From positions 43,462,001 to 43,526,000 of the forward strand of contig NC_043012.1 of the NCBI RefSeq assembly GCF_006345805.1: a stretch of 64,000 nucleotides of DNA, in the 5' to 3' direction. Positions 40,637 through 53,530 of the stretch are shown here, piece after piece; within the stretch, counting starts at the first letter, position 1, and each line of letters starts with the position of its first letter. The notes under the pieces are model-generated. The model searched no databases, was not told where the DNA came from, and worked only from the letters and a program-made list of their open reading frames with translations. Made by a program: the position numbers and the translations under genes. Source of the stretch: Octopus sinensis. Lineage: Eukaryota.

Positions 40637-40915
40637 ATGGGCAGTATAATTAATGGGTAGTAGACTCAGTGGATAGTAGGATTAATGGGTAATCCATTTA
40701 TTGAACAGTAGACTAAATGGGCAGTTGATTTAATGAGCAATAGATTTAATGAATTTACAAATGATATAGAATATTATTTGCCAATAATTCTCTGTGATGT
40801 GGTATAAAAACAATGCTCCATCAGATGTGGTATAAATATTGTTCTGTCAGGGTTCACTATTCGTGGTATAGTTGATTTAATGAGTAGTTGACTTTATGGG
40901 TAGCAGACTTAATGT
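40637..40915. repeat. Degenerate 16-bp minisatellite (ATGGGTAGTAGACTTA-like) interrupted at ~40757-40862
   Basis: About 7 units before and about 3 units after the interruption. Confidence 0.75.
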
Positions 40916-42068
40916 AGACACCAATTATTTATACATCCCATCAACTATTTGCCACAGAGAGAGTTAAGCGTTTTCGAGATAAATCTCCAAAGATAAGACG
41001 TGTCATATCCTTTGCTGATGGAAGACAAAGATCATCCACAATGATATCAGCATACTTCTTATGTTTTGGCAATAGTTGAAACTAGAAAGGATACTTTCAC
41101 TTCTGCATTGGTTCGTTGGAAAATATTATCACCCGATCTGTTTTCTTAATATACTTCATTGAAAAAAGATGTTAAAAATATAAATGATTGAAAGAATGAG
41201 AGCTCTATTTAAAGTAGCAATATAGACGACAGAAAGTAGCGCAGCACCGGTGAGGTGTTTGGTGTAGAAAATGCAGAAGTAACTCTTTCAAATATTTGCA
41301 GTTAAATTTGGATATGAATTCAAATTTATTCATGTTCTTTCTCCCACTGATATAAGAAAACCAAAGAAAAGACACCTGACCACCATCAATACCAGCTGTT
41401 ACTGCGTGGAAAATTGTCTTCACGATATAAGTGATTAATAAATTACCTTGCTTAAAAACTAAATTATTTGAAAGTGATGTAACCAGTCAAAAATATAAAG
41501 ACTTTTAAAGTAATTTGCTCCAGATTTTTATATCCTATTGCTGTTTAAACAGTCTAATATTAAAAAATTTTTGTGACAGTAGAAAAACTATACAACATGG
41601 CAGAGGCAACTGCATTATATTATAAACTTTTGCCTAAAAAATAATTACAGTAATTGCAACACCAACGCAGATTTTACGATTAAATTTTGTGGACATTTGT
41701 GCAATCACCACTTGAAACGGAGTGTTCTACACAAGTTAAGCAGAGTCACATACCAGGTCTTTTTTACTCAAAGTTAGCTGGTATTGAATTTTTAACCAAT
41801 TGACACGACCATAGCTTTCTGTTAAAGTAAGGATTGAGTAAGGATTACATGCAGCTTTGTAACATCACAAAAGCTGGGAGGAGGGCTTGCTTTGTTGGTT
41901 GTGTTTATCAATTATTTAGGAAGAGACGGTTACATTGAACTGTATATTGATAGTTATATTCCTAGACCAATATATGCCAATTGAGATGTGCACAAATACT
42001 ATTTGGAGTCCATCTATCTGGCGTTTGGATTCAGTGATGGAACAATTCAATAACGTGTATATATAGGT

Positions 42069-42103
<35 letters not shown>

Positions 42104-42649
42104 GAGTATTCGTGGCTTATAAGATGCTCCGATGTATTAGGCACATACCACTTTAGAAGGTAGTAATCAGAAAAAGAGTTAAGAGTGCTTAATACTAAGG
42201 ACCTCAAATACATAATAGGGTCTTCATTTATTTTTTTTATTAAACTTAAATAAAATAAATGATATTGCTTTATGTATATGATTCACTTCTTCAAAAACGT
42301 TTTTCAGGGTCAACTTCCTGTATTGACGTAGCAAACAGGTTTTTCAATGTTTACTTCCGGTATTGACATAGCATCTACCGCTACCTAGACACGCACATGT
42401 ATGTATAACAGCTTCTATTTAATTTCAGAAGCTGTGTTATATCTATATCTCTTTATATATATATATCTATCTTCCTCTCCTGTGAACCATTCCGTCTATG
42501 ATTCACTTGTTTAAAAAGGATTTTTAATGTCAGATACGCACGCACTATGCATAACCGCTTCTATTTCATTTCAGAACCTGTGTTCACTTTTCACGCGAAC
42601 GCACATATATGTATAACTGCTTCCATTTCATTTCAGAACCAGTGTTATA

Positions 42650-43007
42650 TTGCGTTGGCAACTAAGTTCCCGCCGTTTTATTTTTAATTTAAAAGTTTTA
42701 AGAGGTTTAATAAAAATTGACAACTAATTAATCAATAATATATTCACCCTTGTTGTTTACAACTTCTCCCCAAAGTTCAACAGGATTTTCAATACCTCAT
42801 TGGTAGAAATCCCCTGATTTCGACTCGAAAAATTGATCCAACTACTCCAGTATTGAACGAAACTCTGTGCATCCCATTTGAAAGAGATCAATGGAAATCT
42901 GTTGATGCCAAATCAGGAGATTACGGCGGGTGTGGCAGCACTTCCCAGCCATGTGTTTGAATGGCTTCGTTGGTCATATTGGTGATATAAGGGCGGGCGT
43001 TGTCGTG
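42650..43007 (-). mobile_element. Mariner 3' fragment, same family as 1525-3026
   Basis: TA-TTGCGTTGGCAACTAAGTTCCCGCC TIR; reverse-complement homology to ~2680-3026. Confidence 0.9.
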
Positions 43008-43055
43008 CTGACCGTTAGTAAGGAGAGACACACAAATAAGAAAGAAGAAAGCAAA

Positions 43056-43100
43056 GGACCACTGATGAGGTCACAGAAGTGTGACGAAAGAACTCTGGCT
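43056..43100 (+). ncRNA. Minimal type I hammerhead motif in a probable PLE pseudo-LTR
   Basis: GACCA-CUGAUGA-G-GUCACA-gaag-UGUGAC-GAAAG-AA-CUC/UGGCU; the downstream ~175 bp ends in (TA)n. Confidence 0.7.
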
Positions 43101-43275
43101 GAAATAAGATTAAAATTAATGTAAAAAATAAATAACGCTGAAGCAAAGTAACACCAAATATATAGTGCGTGTGTCTTTATTGGCTAAACTGGCAAAATGA
43201 CCATTCCGAAATACAACAATATCTGTTTCAACACAAGATTTCACATAAAAAATCTTGCAAAACAAATATATAAAC

Positions 43276-43348
<73 letters not shown>

Positions 43349-43366
43349 CATACATACATACATACA

Positions 43367-43413
<47 letters not shown>

Positions 43414-44120
43414 ATTATGTGATAATATTTCAACAAGTAGAAAAGCACATGATCAGTTAAGAGAGTTTAAGAGAGTTTAAACCACAAATCTTGAAATTAC
43501 AGTTTTACATTGCCGTAGTTTGCTGAAACCGGTGGTTCATAAACTATGACAACGGTCGTACAAATATAAAACGCTGTGTCGCAGGAAAATTTTAATCTAG
43601 ATATAACAACCATCTTTCGAAATTTAAGTACCGTGATAAAAGGCATTCAACAACCCTTTCGGTTTTAAACTGGAAAATTAATTTCGTTTTCAAATGGTAA
43701 AGCCTTTCGAAATCCAGACCCTATATTAACGGGTCTAAAAAAATGGTGTGTTAGCTTGAAAAATTGTATCTATTATAAGACTTGGAAATCACCAACAGAT
43801 ACATAATTTCCAGGAACTAGACTTTTTTCTTTATGTCCACATTTCAAGAAATACATCTTGTAATTTAAAAGTAGACAGACCACCGGTCACTTTCTAAAAC
43901 ATTAACACCTGGTTTACGCCTGCTTGACACCAAATTATTGTAATGGTGGTTAGATTTTTGTTTTCTTTACAAGCGTCTCTTGTTTAAACGCTATTTGCTC
44001 AAACTGTCTTGTTTTCAGCTTGATGACAGAATAGATTATTATTTCGAGCAGGAAACTCTGAGTAGCTATAATTTCAAGATTTGTGGTTTTAAATATATTA
44101 TATAATATATATATATTATA

Positions 44121-44158
<38 letters not shown>

Positions 44159-44172
44159 TAATATATATATAT

Positions 44173-44205
<33 letters not shown>

Positions 44206-44210
44206 GATAT

Positions 44211-44245
<35 letters not shown>

Positions 44246-44299
44246 TATATTATATATATATATATATATAAAATATATATTACAGTATAGGATGAATAT

Positions 44300-44640
44300 A
44301 GGGCAAGTGTCTTCTACTATAACCTCGGGCAGACCAAAGCCCCTGTGAGTGGATTTGGTAGACGGAAACTGAAAGAAGCTCGTCGTATATATATATATAT
44401 ATATATTATTATATATATATATATATATTATATATTATATATATATATGCTTGTATGTGTGTGTATATGTTTGTGTGTCTGTGTTTGCCCCTCCCCCAAC
44501 ATCGCTTGACAACCGATGCTGGTATGTTTACGTCCCCGGAACTTAGCGGTTCGGCAAAAGAGAACGTTAGAATAAGTACAAGGCTTAGAAAGAATAAGTC
44601 CTGGGGTCGATTTGCTCGACTAAAAGGCGCTGCTCCAGCA
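44300..44640 (+). mobile_element. CORE-like tRNA SINE with internal (TA)n, 5'-truncated
   Basis: GGGCAAGTGTCTTCT...CGTCG(TA)n...GGGGTCGATTTGCTCGAC...CAGTCAAATGAC. Confidence 0.85.
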
Positions 44641-47600
44641 TAGCCACAGTCAAATGACAGAAAAAAGTAAAAGAGTATATGTGTGTGTATTTGCGTGTGT
44701 GTGTTTTTGTGTGTGTGTATATGTATGTATATGTAAGTGTTTGTATGTTCATGCGAGTGTATGTTTGCTTCTATCTAACTATCTATCTGTATGTATGTAA
44801 ACCTATGTGTATTTGTTTGTACTACTATCTTTATTCTCATGGTTCAACCAAATTTTTATGTTTATACTTTTAATGTAGCAACTAATTCACTCGTGAAGCA
44901 ATATGCGTGTGGATTTTTAGGAATGTAATGATAAATGTAGTTAGAAATATAAATAATTTATTCACGTCATTCTATGATCCAGTTGCAGGATTCTGGTGAA
45001 TACTGCATCATCTAGATTAATGGTATGAGTAATGAGAAATAAGAAGTATATTCGATAAATGCTAAAACAGAATGAAATCTAAATGAATACTACACTTCTA
45101 GCAGTTCAAGCAACATTCTATTATCGCTATTTGAAAAACAATCTACATCTAAATAGTATATGAGAGCGATAATAGTTAGATGAACAATGATATAAGTGAC
45201 GATGCATTATAAATGGACATTTACAATATTATTACTGATAGCTGAACATCATCGAGAATTCGTTATTTATAGAAGACTCGAGTAATTACCTCCATGACAG
45301 GCATTCGTACGGTGATAAATATAATCAATAGCAAAATTGTTGCGGGTAAAACAAAATATAAAAGTTAATTAAATGAAACAAAATAATAAATATGCCACAG
45401 AAAGCCGAACGGCTTCAGAATAATTATTGATATTAATTAATGATATTATAGTAATTTCTATAGTAAAATTACTCCTAACGGCCCTTACTATGTTACTTTT
45501 ACAATTAATATAGTTCTTTATTTGCTTCGGTAGTTATATTTATAGCTTTCTTTGTCTATGTCTGTCTTGTATTTTTTCCCGTGCTACAGTGAAGAACATT
45601 TCCACAGAAATTATGACTGATTTGGAACAGAACAGAAAGTTGGTCCCGCAGCTAAAATTTGATTATAAACCTTTAGAAAAACATTATTCACGCTGTAAGA
45701 GCAGATGTGTAAGTGTAAAACTGCTGTTACATTGAACGTATATTAGTTAGGCAGTATGAATGTAACATGATATAACGTTGGAACAATCTTATGGATCGGC
45801 CAAAATTAGGCCAATTTAATCATATTTGTAATATCCTGTGGATGGTATAACAACAACTAAAACATGGAGTTTGTGGAAACGTACGTAGCAATGCATTAAA
45901 GGATTTATGAATTTCATCCAAAGTTCTTGTTATTACTATATTCATGCTACACTATAGCGGCAGCAGACTAATAACTTTTTCCATAAAGTTATTCTGGAAG
46001 ATGGGAAGAATAAGGGTTACTCAAAAACGCTTCACATAAATGGATTTATATACATATATAAATATATACACGTATTTGTGTATACGCACACACATATATA
46101 CATATGCACACATACATACATACATACATACATACATACATGCATACATATATATATATATACATACACACACAGAAACACATAGAGGCACACACACAGA
46201 CAGACACACACACACACACGCACACTCACATACACATATATATGCACACACACATGTAAAAGGCGATGAAATTGTTGGATATGTAAAATATGACATTCAG
46301 CAGATCACTAGTAATAATGTGAGAATCTCGAACGAGACAATTGAAAATACTGGCCGAAGAATACAGAAGGAGAAGATACTTAATATATCAATACTCACGA
46401 GACTAGTTTTAAAAACTGACAAAATACAAAAACAAAAAAAAAACACTGACCCAATAGGGACCTAAAGAGCGAGAAATGACGCATGCGGAAGGGAGCGCCA
46501 TAGCACTTAAAGAACTTTTTACAAGGAAACTGGTATGCCATACTTTGATTTATTAACAAAATTTAATCTGACAAATTTTATGGATTTGCAACGTAAAACT
46601 GAAGAAGCAGTTAAAATCCATTGCAGAAGAGAAAAAAAAATCATTATTTGTTTTGTCTGATTATGTGGTCTGGTGCTGTTGTAATTTAAGGACAATTTAC
46701 ATTGCTGTTTTTACTTGTCCGTTGGCAAAACGTAAACACGACAATATTCCCTTTTCATTACGTATTACTATGATTTAGAAGACAGATCATTGCATAATAT
46801 ATTTTCAGAAAACAACGTATACAAAAGAGCATAGACGATGTGTATCAAACGTAGCACACGGGACATATTTTTCTGGCGCATATCCTTCATGCATGTCACA
46901 CATTCCTGTTTTTTTTTTTTCCTGTCAGCAGAAAGGAAAGCTTTATATTGCTGAGAACGTATGAAACAAGGGATACTAAAAGTCTGAAAATAAGCCTAGA
47001 CGTTTAGGACAAACTTATAAAGTGCTTTGGACAAGCAAAGCGTGAACAATTAACAGACGAATATGGCTGTAGGAAGATCTCTTCTACCTAAATCAAACTA
47101 ATATTTTAGTTTTCCTTTGCATTAATGGCTGATTTCATTACCATTCAATATATCACGGAAACAGAAATGTATCTCTTGATCTCCAGTTTACGACTTTGGT
47201 TCGAAGAATGCATTTAACTCAATAACGTTGATATCAAGAATGCTGTTATCCTTTTCGAGCTCTTATCCTTATCTTCTTAATTGATCTATAATAGCTCAAG
47301 CTGACTTTGATGCATACTAATTATCGTTCGACATTCTTTGTCCTAACTTTCAATTCAAATCGATCAGGAAATTCAAAGACAAACTTGAGATTAATACTCC
47401 TCGATTCCACTATCCATCTGATAGTAGTTACAACTTAATCTCATTAATCATGAATTATGGTCTAATATTTCTGCAAAGTTTTAAAATCTCTTCTGTACAA
47501 AATTTAAAGTTGTCATCCTTGCCATGTTGTTTAACTCACTTAACTTATAAAGAACAGTGCTGCTACTGCTGCATGTATAAGCTCACAGGCATAGTGTCTC

Positions 47601-47702
47601 TTCCCTCTGAGTGTATCGCTACAATAAATCCCTGTTCCTAGGAACTGGTTGGGCTCACACACATCCACCTCTGATTGTTTATATGAGAATACTTAAGATA
47701 TT

Positions 47703-48812
47703 GATTTCAAATTTGGCACAAGGCCAGAAAATTTGGGGAAGGGGCTAGTCTATTACATTAACCCAAGTGCTCAAATGGTACTCATTTTATCGATCCCGAG
47801 AGGATGAAAGGTAAAGTCAATCTCGGCAGAAGTTGAGCTTAAAGCGCAAAGACGGACGAAATGTCACTGCGCATATGCCTGTCGCGCGCTATAGATTCTG
47901 ACAGCTCGCGCCTTGAAAATATTTAAAATATCCCTTTTCTACTCTAGGTACAAGACCCCAAATTTTTGAGGAGGGAGCCAGCCGATTACATCGACCCCAG
48001 TACACAACTGGTACTTAATTTATCGACCCCGAAAGGATGAAAGGCAAAGTTGACCTCGGCGGAATTTGAACTCAGAACGTAAAGCCAGACGAAATACCTA
48101 TTTCTTTACTGCCCACAAGGGGCTACACACAGAGGAGGACAAACAAGGACAGACAAATGGATTAAGTCGATTACATCGACCCCAGTGCGTAACTGGTACT
48201 TAATTTATCGACCCCGAAAGGATGAACGGCAGAGTCGACCTCGGTGGAATTTGAACTCAGAACGTAGCGAAATGTTAGCGGTATTTCGTCTACCACTACG
48301 TTCTGAGTTTAAATTCCGCCGAGGTCGACTTTGCATTTCATCCTTTCGGGGTCGATAAATTAAGTACCAGTTACGCACTGGAGTCGATGTAATCGACTTA
48401 ATACCTATGTCTGTCCTTGTTTGTCCCCTCAATTTTTAGCCCCTTGTGGGTAATAAAGAAATAGGTATTTCATCAGCCGCTACGTTCTGAGTTCAAATTC
48501 CGCCGAGGTCGACTTTCATACTTTCGGGGTCGATTAAATAAGTACCAGTTACACACTGATGTCGATATAATCGACTTAATCCGTTTATCTGTCCTTGTTT
48601 GTCCTCTCTGTGTTTAGCCCCTTGTGGGCAGTAAAGAAATAGGTATTTCATCTGTATTAACGTTTTGAGTTCGATTTCTGCCGTGGTGGACTTTGCCTTT
48701 CATCCTTTCGAGGTCGATAAATTAAGTACCAGTTGTGTACTGGGTCGATGTAATCGGCTGGCTCCCTCCCCCAAAATTTCGGGCCTTGTGTCTAGAGTAG
48801 AAAAGAATATTA
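47703..48812. mobile_element. SINE cluster: minus monomer (47703-47915), minus dimer (47927-48269) head-to-head with plus trimer (48267-48811)
   Basis: Plus units start GGTATTTC at 48280, 48464 and 48642; mirrored units on the minus strand. Confidence 0.88.
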
Positions 48813-50089
48813 TATTGTTTTTGGATGCAAATGCATGAAAGGGAAATTTGATGTTTCTAGCATGGAAACTAGGAATACAAAGTAACAGGATTACACAATG
48901 TAGTAGATTTAGTACGGTGATCAGCTGTCACTGTCACATGGTCATATTGGCTTTGAAGTATTATTTCTGTTAGTTATACCTGAACTGATAACTGTTACTG
49001 ATTAAATGTTGTGCTTAAGGTGTTGAAAGTTCATATTTTGTGCAAGTCAACAACGCGTTTTACTACAGAGAGTCATTTTTAAGTAGGACGGAAATATTTG
49101 TTGATGTGGATTCCTAATTTACAACATGTAGACTTTAAAAAGAACTCTTGGGGAATGGGACGTATTTATTTTGCCATTGTAATGTAAAAAAAATGGTTGA
49201 AACGGGACAACGACTAGAAATTTTAGAAAAAAAAAACAGACTAAATGCGTATATTTTGTACACATTCTTTACTTCAAACTTTCAAATACGTCACAACTTA
49301 ATCGAGTAGAGATTGCATACTCTAAGACTTTTCTATCAAAATAAATTCCAGTTTGTATTCTTGATTTTCATGTTTTCTTTTAAAGCAGCTATTCTCTCCT
49401 GTAAAGGCTGTGAACTGGTAGAATCGTTAACACATCGGACAAAATTCTAAGCGGCATATATTCCTGCTCTTTATGTTTTCAGTTCAAACTCCGAGGAGGT
49501 CGACTTTGCAAATTTGAAACCGCCGCCATCGTTTTTAAAACACAGATATATGTTTCTCTTTCTATTCTCTTGGATAAGATCATCTGGTAGAAAACAGTCC
49601 TGTTTTAGAAAATTTTCTCAATTATTATTTTATCTTTGACCAAGTCAAAATTGTTTTCGTAGGGACTATATGAATGATATACATGATTGTTTCTGAGCGT
49701 GTAGCCCTGGTAGTTATCGCTACCGCTAAAAGTATTCGTTAAACTGTGCAAAATAGCTCCCCTTCCTATGATTTGTTGCTTATTAAAATGATCTTTATTT
49801 TCTTAGTTTTGTTCTGCTTTCATTTACTTCTGCTATCTTTTATTTTGTGTGCCGTTGAAATATTTTGTTTTAATAAGGTCAACATACCTTTTAGATTGGT
49901 TGACCTGAAATGTCATTAAATATCATCAAAATGTGAGACTCTTTAAAAAGTATGTCTATTTCTGTTTTCAACTGGCACATTTAATCGGGACACTGGTCCC
50001 TTGATTTATGGAATATTAATGAGTTTTGTGCCATTGTCATCATCTTGCCTTGTTTACAAACCATAAACCAGGTTTGCCGTATTTGTCAC

Positions 50090-50225
50090 ATCGTTGCAAA
50101 AGACCATATGACTGTAAAGATAGTTATTGATCAAGAAAGTCATAGATGGAGACTGTAGGAGGAAAAATAAGTACCAGAGTATAGCATGTATTAACTTCCA
50201 GAAGGCTTTTGATAGTAACCCTCCG
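50090..50225 (+). mobile_element. Small decayed R4/Dong RT fragment
   Basis: YDCKD...DCRRKNKYQSIACINFQKAFDS. Confidence 0.55.
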
Positions 50226-50547
50226 CTACACTCCTGTTTTTCTCTGGTGTCTTTACGGACATGTTAAAAAAGACCAGACGCAGATACAAATGCAATGGTG
50301 CGAACAGGAACCGTCTTTGAATAAGGATGAGTTAATGTTTAGCCTGCTGGTGATAACAAACTAGAAACTCTACAACTTTACTGTAGACAGTATATATGGA
50401 TTGCCCATCCCCGATGAAATATGAAATCTGGAGTAGGACAATGTAATCTCAATTTATGAAAGAAAGGATTGGAGAGGAATATTAACTTATTAGATTAATA
50501 TTCTAAATTGTATGTTAAACGAGTTAAGAAAGAGAAATGACAACTGC

Positions 50548-51676
50548 AATGAATTTAGGATGCAGCAACGATAGAATATGTGGAGATGAGGATGGAAACA
50601 ACGCACCGTTTCTAGATCAAAAGTCGACTCGATTGGGTCTGCTTGTTGAATGTCATCGACGCTGAGAGTTTCTCCGAGAATGTCACCACCACAAATCTGA
50701 CGAATATATAGACAAAAAAAAAGAAGACTTAGCGGTACAATTTCTTTAAAATAACCACGGTAAAACTACAAAACTATCTGGTAAAAAAGTGGAAAGGCTA
50801 ATCCAAAAGCTACAAAAAAAATGAACAATAGAATACAACGCAACCGTTATGAACAAAACAAGGGAAGCATCAAATAAAACAGTCAAAAGGCCAAAATCTA
50901 GTAATAAAGAGTGTCATGATGAAACAATTACAAAAGGAGCCCAATATAAACAACACCAGAAAAATGGAAAATCTTCAAAAGTGTTTAAAAAGGCGTATCC
51001 ACCAGAAATCATTCTACAGAAAATGTAAAGTTGTGAAAGAAACAAATAACCACAAAGCCAATCAATACTCAATGTTCAAGAAGTCAAAAAGAATACCCAT
51101 GCCTTATGTAGTTGGAACTTATATGTATTGGAATGTATGCCCAACATTATAAGATATCAAGATAAAAGCTCTCAGAGGCTAAAAAAAGCGATTATTCTCT
51201 GGAATATGCCAATACAGATCGATATATCAAACCGTATCCATCAGAATTGCTGTAGAAAGTGACCTCCTAACCGGAGTATCAGTTACAAGACATGATTATA
51301 CATTTCTCAAAAAATGAAGATATCAAAATATAAAAATATGAAAAATTTTGATGAAATTAAGATTACAAAATACCACGATAAAACGTTGGCAAAATCCGCC
51401 GCTAAATGGCAAAAAATGTAAATAGCTGGACGCGGTACAAAGAAAAATTCCATCACCATGTAGCTCAAAGAAGCGGTGACTGGAGGGTTCTTGACTGCCA
51501 TACAAGATTAAAGTCTTTCCCATCAAAAACCACCAAAAGTATGTAATGAATTTAGGATGTAGTAACAATAGAATATGTGGAGATGAGGATGAAAACACCA
51601 CATCGTTTCTGGATCAATTGTCATCAATTGTCATCGTTGATTGTCAACGACGCTGCGAGTTGCTCCGAGAATGTCA
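50548..51676 (+). mobile_element. Decayed PLE 3' portion between two ~135-bp direct repeats (pseudo-LTRs; 50548-50685 and 51545-51676)
   Basis: Direct repeats offset 997 bp; RIPMPYVVG motif; hammerhead relic CCGAGAA-T-GTCA...TGAC-GAAT at 50674-50705. Confidence 0.6.
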
Positions 51677-51719
51677 TCATGTTTCCTTATAGCTCAAACA
51701 GAAAGCAAAAAAAAATCAA

Positions 51720-52770
51720 AGTTCCTTCCTGAGTCATTTGCTCATAAGACTGATTTCCACGGTCTTACTGCGCGCATTCACTGCCTAATAAAGGATTGCG
51801 AATGCTCTCTGTTTGTCAGTCTATAAATAGACGGGAATAGCTCTCTTAAATTGACGAATTTTATTGCTGGCCGTCCAAGTTTCTCTGTAGATTGAGCAGC
51901 TATGATACACATGTGTGTTTCAAAAGCTACCGCATATCAAGCCGTCCGCTCAGAGGTCTTTAACAACAAATAAAACGCTTGATCACAGGAACACCCCACT
52001 TTCACAAGAAGTGGAAGAGCATTTACTCTTATCAAGTCAGATGTATGACACGACAAGGCACGACAGTTTAGACAGTAAAAAAAGTAACGGAGGTGTTATT
52101 AGAGTTTGCTACCTTTGCCCAATCTTTTATGGGTGATTTTCTCTCGCTTCATTTCTAGTCGATACTGTCCTCCCTGCTCGTAATTGCATTTCAGTTCCTA
52201 TCTAAATGAAGCGGGGAACCGAACCAGATCTTGAGTAATTTAATCGGTTTTGTGGGTCCAGCGCCAAATGACGCTGGTTGACAGTATGAACTTGCTGTGC
52301 TGCAAGCCCTCTTGCTTATCCTGGTAAAACTTTGCTCATGTAATCACCCCGTATTGCTTTAGCACAGCGTCAATCACAGCCGTGGAATCTGACTGTATAA
52401 TTGAAACGTCGTCTGCATGTGCTGACATGGATGACATGCAACAGTTCGTATTGGATACCTCTCAACACCTCTAGACTTTGGGATGGACAAGGAGCGTGAT
52501 TAAAAATGGTTCTGCAGAGTGAGCATTTAGTCTGAACACCGAGCAGATGTCATCGCATACTGCGCTATTCTGACTCCGAAGACCTGACCAAATCCAGCTG
52601 TCTTGAGGAGATACATCAACTGGAGTTGATCGAAATCGATCATAATACTTCCCAAGCCACATTTGTTATCTAAAATCTCTAAGATTGCTTCGTATGAGAT
52701 GGAGTCTGTGGATTGAAAGCACATCATATTCGTTGTGAAGTACATTTAAGCTCAAACCATGTCTGCACCC
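51720..52770 (-). mobile_element. Decayed Tx1-like (L1 group) RT fragment
   Basis: LHLIR, FRLNAHSAEPFLIT.LVH and SAHADDVS motifs resemble NL.LIR, NG.LS..F.I..SVRQG and SAYADDV. Confidence 0.7.
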
Positions 52771-53293
52771 GTAAGTATAATTACCAACACAAGAACATGT
52801 ATCATGCAACAAAATGAAGCATACTATGAGTTTATTGTTTTCCCTTTTGGCAAGAAATCGACCAGAATGACACCTTGAGCATCCCAAAAGACAGTCGCCA
52901 TGATTTTTCTAGCTGACTTTTGCGTCTTGAATTTTTTCGGTGGCGGTGACGTAGAGCGGCGCCATTCCATTAACTGACTCTTTGATTCCGGTTCATAATG
53001 ATAAACCCATGTTTCATCGCCTGTTACGAGCTTTCGAAAGAAGGTGTTGTCTCTTTGATTTTGCAGTGAAGAAGTGGCTCAAAGAACAGTCAACAGAATT
53101 TTACAGAGCAGGGATACATGCTCTCATTGCTATTGAGGGATACATTGCTATTGAGAGAAACTGTGACTATGTTAAGAAGTAGGGATGTGATCCACAGAGG
53201 ACCGGCTTCATTTTGCTGCATAATACATGTTCCTGTGTTGGTAATTATGCCTGTCCTAAACAAAATAGCATTTCTTTTTGACTCACCTTCGTA
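52770..53293. mobile_element. Rearranged mariner fragments (minus 52770-53020; plus 53020-53293 with TIR)
   Basis: Minus: VTGDETWVYHYEPESK...ATVFWDAQGV. Plus: 3' end ...TTTTTGACTCACCTTCG-TA. Confidence 0.8.
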
Positions 53294-53309
53294 GCATAGC
53301 TTTAATCGG

Positions 53310-53530
53310 TGTAAGCCCTGTTAATGCTCGCAGTCTAGATTTGACTTAGAAGAAAGATTGTCTACTCGGTGACCTCAGCTCACCAGATATAGTTGCCATC
53401 AGCGAGACAAATATTTCCGAATCGCAAACCATTACCCTAACTTTCGATGGCTAACAGGGGTTGACATCTTCAGATCGGGAGGTGACGTCACTGTGCATTT
53501 CCAGAAAGGCCTTGCTATTTGGACCATAGT
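53310..53530 (+). mobile_element. Decayed APE endonuclease N-terminus (Tx1/L1-like)
   Basis: VNARSL...DIVAISETN resembles NV.GL...D...LQET. Confidence 0.45.

Noticed and set aside
40637-40915. Repeat array as CRISPR-like
   Set aside because: Units are contiguous degenerate 16-mers without unique spacers, in a eukaryotic context with no cas genes.
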